A DNA stretch of 64,000 nt from the human T2T-CHM13v2.0 reference genome, Homo sapiens: NCBI RefSeq assembly GCF_009914755.1, contig NC_060928.1. One strand, written 5' to 3'. Shown piece after piece: positions 60,187 to 64,000 of the stretch. How positions within the stretch are numbered: position 1 is the stretch's first letter; every line of letters starts with the position of its first letter. A program made the translations under genes and the position numbers. The notes beneath the pieces were generated by a model. The model searched no databases. It was not told the DNA's origin and worked only from the letters and a program-made list of their open reading frames with translations.

Positions 60187-61429
60187 ATGGAAGCTACTGC
60201 GAACTACAGTTATATTATAGCTAATCCTCTGTGCTTGAAACAGCACCTTTAACATATGGTATGAAAAATAATAGAAAGATTTAAGATTATTACCCATAAG
60301 CCTAGCTACTTAAACTGCTAAATATTGAAACAAAATTTTAAAAAATGTTTCAGATGAACTCAGCAGAAATTATTAAATAATAGCATCTCTGTATTTTTAT
60401 TCTATATTAGCATTAGAAATGTTATTAGTAATTATTAAATGATATCACATAAAAGTCCTGTAATTTGCTGGAGTTAAAAAGTTATTCTTAATAGTGTCTG
60501 GGATTTAAATATATGGGACCTTTTTTTTTTTAACAGTTATTGAAATTTGATAAAGCAGGAAACTATTTGAGCTTTGCTTCCCTTTTTGATATATGATTTT
60601 AATTGTTCCTGTATAACATTCCCTTAAATTACAGGAAGCCACATGTTGGAAAAAGGATCCATCCTTTAAACTCCATCTGTGTTATAGTGTGGTTTTTCAT
60701 TGGCTTGGGAAGCAGCTCTGTGGTGACCTGCAAACAGAATTGAGAAAAGAAAACTTTCAAGACTGATTAGTGTGAAGGAGGTTTGTGGATTTAACTCTCT
60801 CGGTCTCTTGCACCATCTGTATAAACGAGCTGCGGGGAAGTCATTTGAGTCATCTGAATACATTTGTACTCTATTTTGCATTCGTGTATATTCATAAAAA
60901 CTAATAAGACATCCTAAAAATTGGGGGCTATTCTAGCAATGCAAAGATTTATATGGACTTTGTTTGGATGACACAAACAACAATAAGAAAACACTAAATC
61001 CAGTAACTGCTCGCACCAGGCATTACGGAGGCAATGGAGTGAGGCAGGAGAGTACAATCGCGGACTAGGATGTCAAGAATGGAATGCTGGTTCCTCAAGC
61101 TCTGTGGGCAAATCGTGGACTGTCTCTGAGCCTTAGTTTTTCATCCTTTCTTATGATAGCAACCCCTGCCTTGCCTGCCTTATGCATAAGGCTCAATAAA
61201 TTGTCAAGTCCTATATGAACATAAGGCATTATTTGTTTTTCCTTAGATAGAATTCTTATCTATAAATGGATATGAGGGACATGAAGTAGATACAATATTT
61301 GTTCCTTTATGATCTGAAGTCCACGGCCATTTGATGCCCCTCTGCTGGGAACCATAGCACTGAAGAGGGCCTAAAATGAGCACATTGTGGCACACTTTAT
61401 TGAGGGCCTATTTTTTGAAAGGCACTAGG

Positions 61430-61730
61430 CATAAAATGATTATAAAGTGAAATCTCCCCTGGCCACCCCATTTTACATTGCTAACGCTCAGTCTCAATCT
61501 TCGTCTTCTGCCTTATTTTCTTCCATTCATCACTATTTTATATTCGACACAATTCACTAATTGATATGTGTACTGTTGTCTCCTGCCCTTAGGAGGCAGA
61601 TTCCTTAATGACAGAAGATTTTGTTTTTGTTGCTATTTTATTGTTTTATTTTTGAATTTTGGTACCCCAGTACCTAGAACCATTATTAGCACATAGCAAG
61701 TGCTCAATAAACATTTGTTGGATGAACAAA
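61430..61730 (+). mobile_element. L2 3' end
   Basis: ccccagtacctagaac...gcacatagcaagtgctcaataaacatttgttggatgaac. Confidence 0.75.
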
Positions 61731-62110
61731 GCAGCCATTACTCTTCAGTCGTACACCGCCAGGGAAGCAGACAGACATTTTTGTAGGGTGTTGTGTTGCA
61801 TTATTAATACAATGAGGTCAGCAGGGTAATAGGAAGGGCACTGTTGTTATATAAACAGGACAAGGGCCTCTAAATCTGCAGGGATATTTGAGGGCAAAGA
61901 TAAGGAGAAGATGGAAAGTCTTTCAGAGAACTGACCTGGGTTTGAATCCTGCAAGCAGGATACATGAGAGTTTCCAGGAGGCCAAGGAAGTGCTAGCCAG
62001 CTTACAGCAACAGGGCAGCTCCTAAGGCCTGCAATGAGAAATGACCTTGCTGACCACTGGGCATATTTTGGTGTGTGGTGCACATTGTGACAAGGGCCCT
62101 TGATGATTCA

Positions 62111-62121
62111 ATGAGTCAGCA
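62111..62121. promoter_or_regulatory. AP-1/MARE (CNC-sMAF) motif (predicted)
   Basis: ATGAGTCAGCA, reverse complement TGCTGACTCAT. Confidence 0.35.
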
Positions 62122-62313
62122 GGAGAAAATGCGAGAACTTGGGTATTTATAGTGATCTTTTAGGTAGAAAGTACCAAATAAATGAAGTCTTAACAGCTGA
62201 TACCAGGACCAGCGCTGGGTGAAATGTGTCTGGTGGCAGTGAGTTACAGAAGGATGTGTGGGAGTATCATCAGGCGCAGGCCATTCTCCGTGGCTCCGTG
62301 TCGTCTTTTCCTT

Positions 62314-62607
62314 GTTTATCTTTTTATAGAAACAAGATCTTACTCTGTTGCTGAGATTGGAGCATAGTGGCACAATCATAGCTCACTGCAGCCTCCATCT
62401 CCCAGACTCAAGCAGTGCTCCTGCGCAGACTCCCAAGTAGCTGAGACTACAGGTGCACCCCACCATACCCGGATAATTTTTTAATTTTTCATAGAGACGG
62501 GATCTTGTTATGTTGCCCAGGCTGTTCTCAAACTTCTGGGCTCAAGTGATCCTCCCACCTTGGCCTCCTAAAGTGCTGGGATTACAGGCATGAGCCATCA
62601 CCCAGTC
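62314..62607 (-). mobile_element. AluJ
   Basis: cacaatcatagctcactgcagcctcc; TSD cgtcttttcctt. Confidence 0.92.
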
Positions 62608-64000
62608 CCGTCTTTTCCTTTTAGTATATTTCTTCCTACTGCAGTTTACCTGTGCTCATTAAGTGGATTTACAGCTCATCTGATCTTCACGATTTTGTAA
62701 CGAGTTTGGGAGTAACCTTGAAAAGTTTTTCTACTTCACAAAAAATCCACTGATTAATTGTGACAAAATACTTTAAGGAGGTGTTCAACATAAAGATAAG
62801 GTATGCATTTTACTTTATAAATGTCCAGAGTTATATTTTTGCTGACCTTTTTTGAATACAGCGATGTTAGTACTAGTCACTATAATCCAAGGAACCCACC
62901 AATATTGTCATTTGGGGGTTAGTTAAATATGAGCTGCATGAAGCAGTTCACAAAGACATTGTGGTGAGTCTTGGGTGGTCCAGTAGAGAACTTGCTCTGC
63001 CTGTTGAAGCTTGGCAGTGGAAGCAAGCGTTACCCACTGCGGTTTCCCTGGGGCAAGCCTGAGATGCACAGGGAAAATCTAAAGACTCACTTCATGAACT
63101 GTTAACATTGTCAGTCATGTCAATCAGGCAACTAAATTCCTACTCTTTTCCTCAACCTGTAGAGGTTTGGTGACTCAAATCAACTATTGTTTCATTCCGA
63201 AGCTTCTTGGTTTTCATGGGAGAAAGCCCGTTATTTGTCTATTTGGGTTTCAGAGAAACATTAGGTCTTTCTAGAGGAAGCCTGTTCTCTGTGAGAGCAT
63301 GCCTGGGTGCTTCTGGCTTTGTAGATGACTGTATTTTGGTGCTAGCTTTGCTTACTTGAAGTCTTGTGGGTATAACCTTAGGTTCTTCAGATGAGCAGAT
63401 GTAGCTGTTGTACATGCTAATTGTCAAAGACAGGGTTTCAGTATGAGATAGCTTTAAAAAGGGGACTGCAAATCGGGGCTGAGGAGCTGGACACTGAGGT
63501 CATGGTGAGCTAGTTTCTTTTAGTGAAATGAGCAACTTTATTCTGAACTCTTTGGATTTTGCTGAAAATATTTTAGCCATTTTGAGGAGAGGCTTGAGAG
63601 CTTGATAAAAGAGCCTCATAGATATTTTCCCAAAGAAGATGGCAGTAATACACTTCAGATGCATTAGTAAATACACAGCATATGCAGAATAAAAACAGAT
63701 CCTGAGGTTCATTTCAAGTAATACGGTTTATTGAACAGAAGTCAGCTGGCTCATTGTCAGTGTCCAGCCTTATCAGAAAAGATCTTTAAATATTTTTCAT
63801 GATTTCCAACTGCATTCACATTGGGGCTTCTCCACGCTGGTTAACATAAAAAGTGAAACATACAATCATATTATTATGCAGTCTGATTTTTGCCTTAAAC
63901 TATTTAATATTGAAACAAATTGCTGATTATCACGTTCCTTTTTTTAATTGAAAAGCTTATTTTGAAGTAAGCATTTTAACAAATATATTAGGCATAGGAT

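Overview
Primate (most likely human) euchromatic non-coding DNA, read by eye without database access. I find no supportable protein-coding exon, RNA gene or CpG-island promoter. All long ORFs in the track come from Alu, L1 or tandem repeats. The window holds about 28 Alu copies or fragments (J, S and Y types, many with visible target-site duplications, TSDs), old L1M pieces, a TSD-bounded L1PB 3' end, MLT1/MLT2 solo LTRs, hAT DNA transposon relics (MER58B, MER5A, MER94, Charlie4-like), and MIR/L2 fragments. Most L1 pieces are antisense to +, weakly suggesting a large intron of a +-strand gene, which I cannot name. The most unusual region is 15.4-23.4 kb. It contains an inverted Alu pair, a ~2.25 kb purine-skewed 12-bp VNTR, a ~350-bp non-Alu inverted duplication (~90% identical, 691-bp spacer, identity rising toward the spacer) and a 17-bp minisatellite. 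Other notable items are a palindromic AT-rich 30-mer array, a 52-bp x7 VNTR, a strong CTCF motif and a young AluY without a TSD. Nothing here demonstrates a new biological system; the inverted duplication is the best lead. Repeat subfamily calls are from memory of consensus sequences and boundaries of old repeats are approximate.
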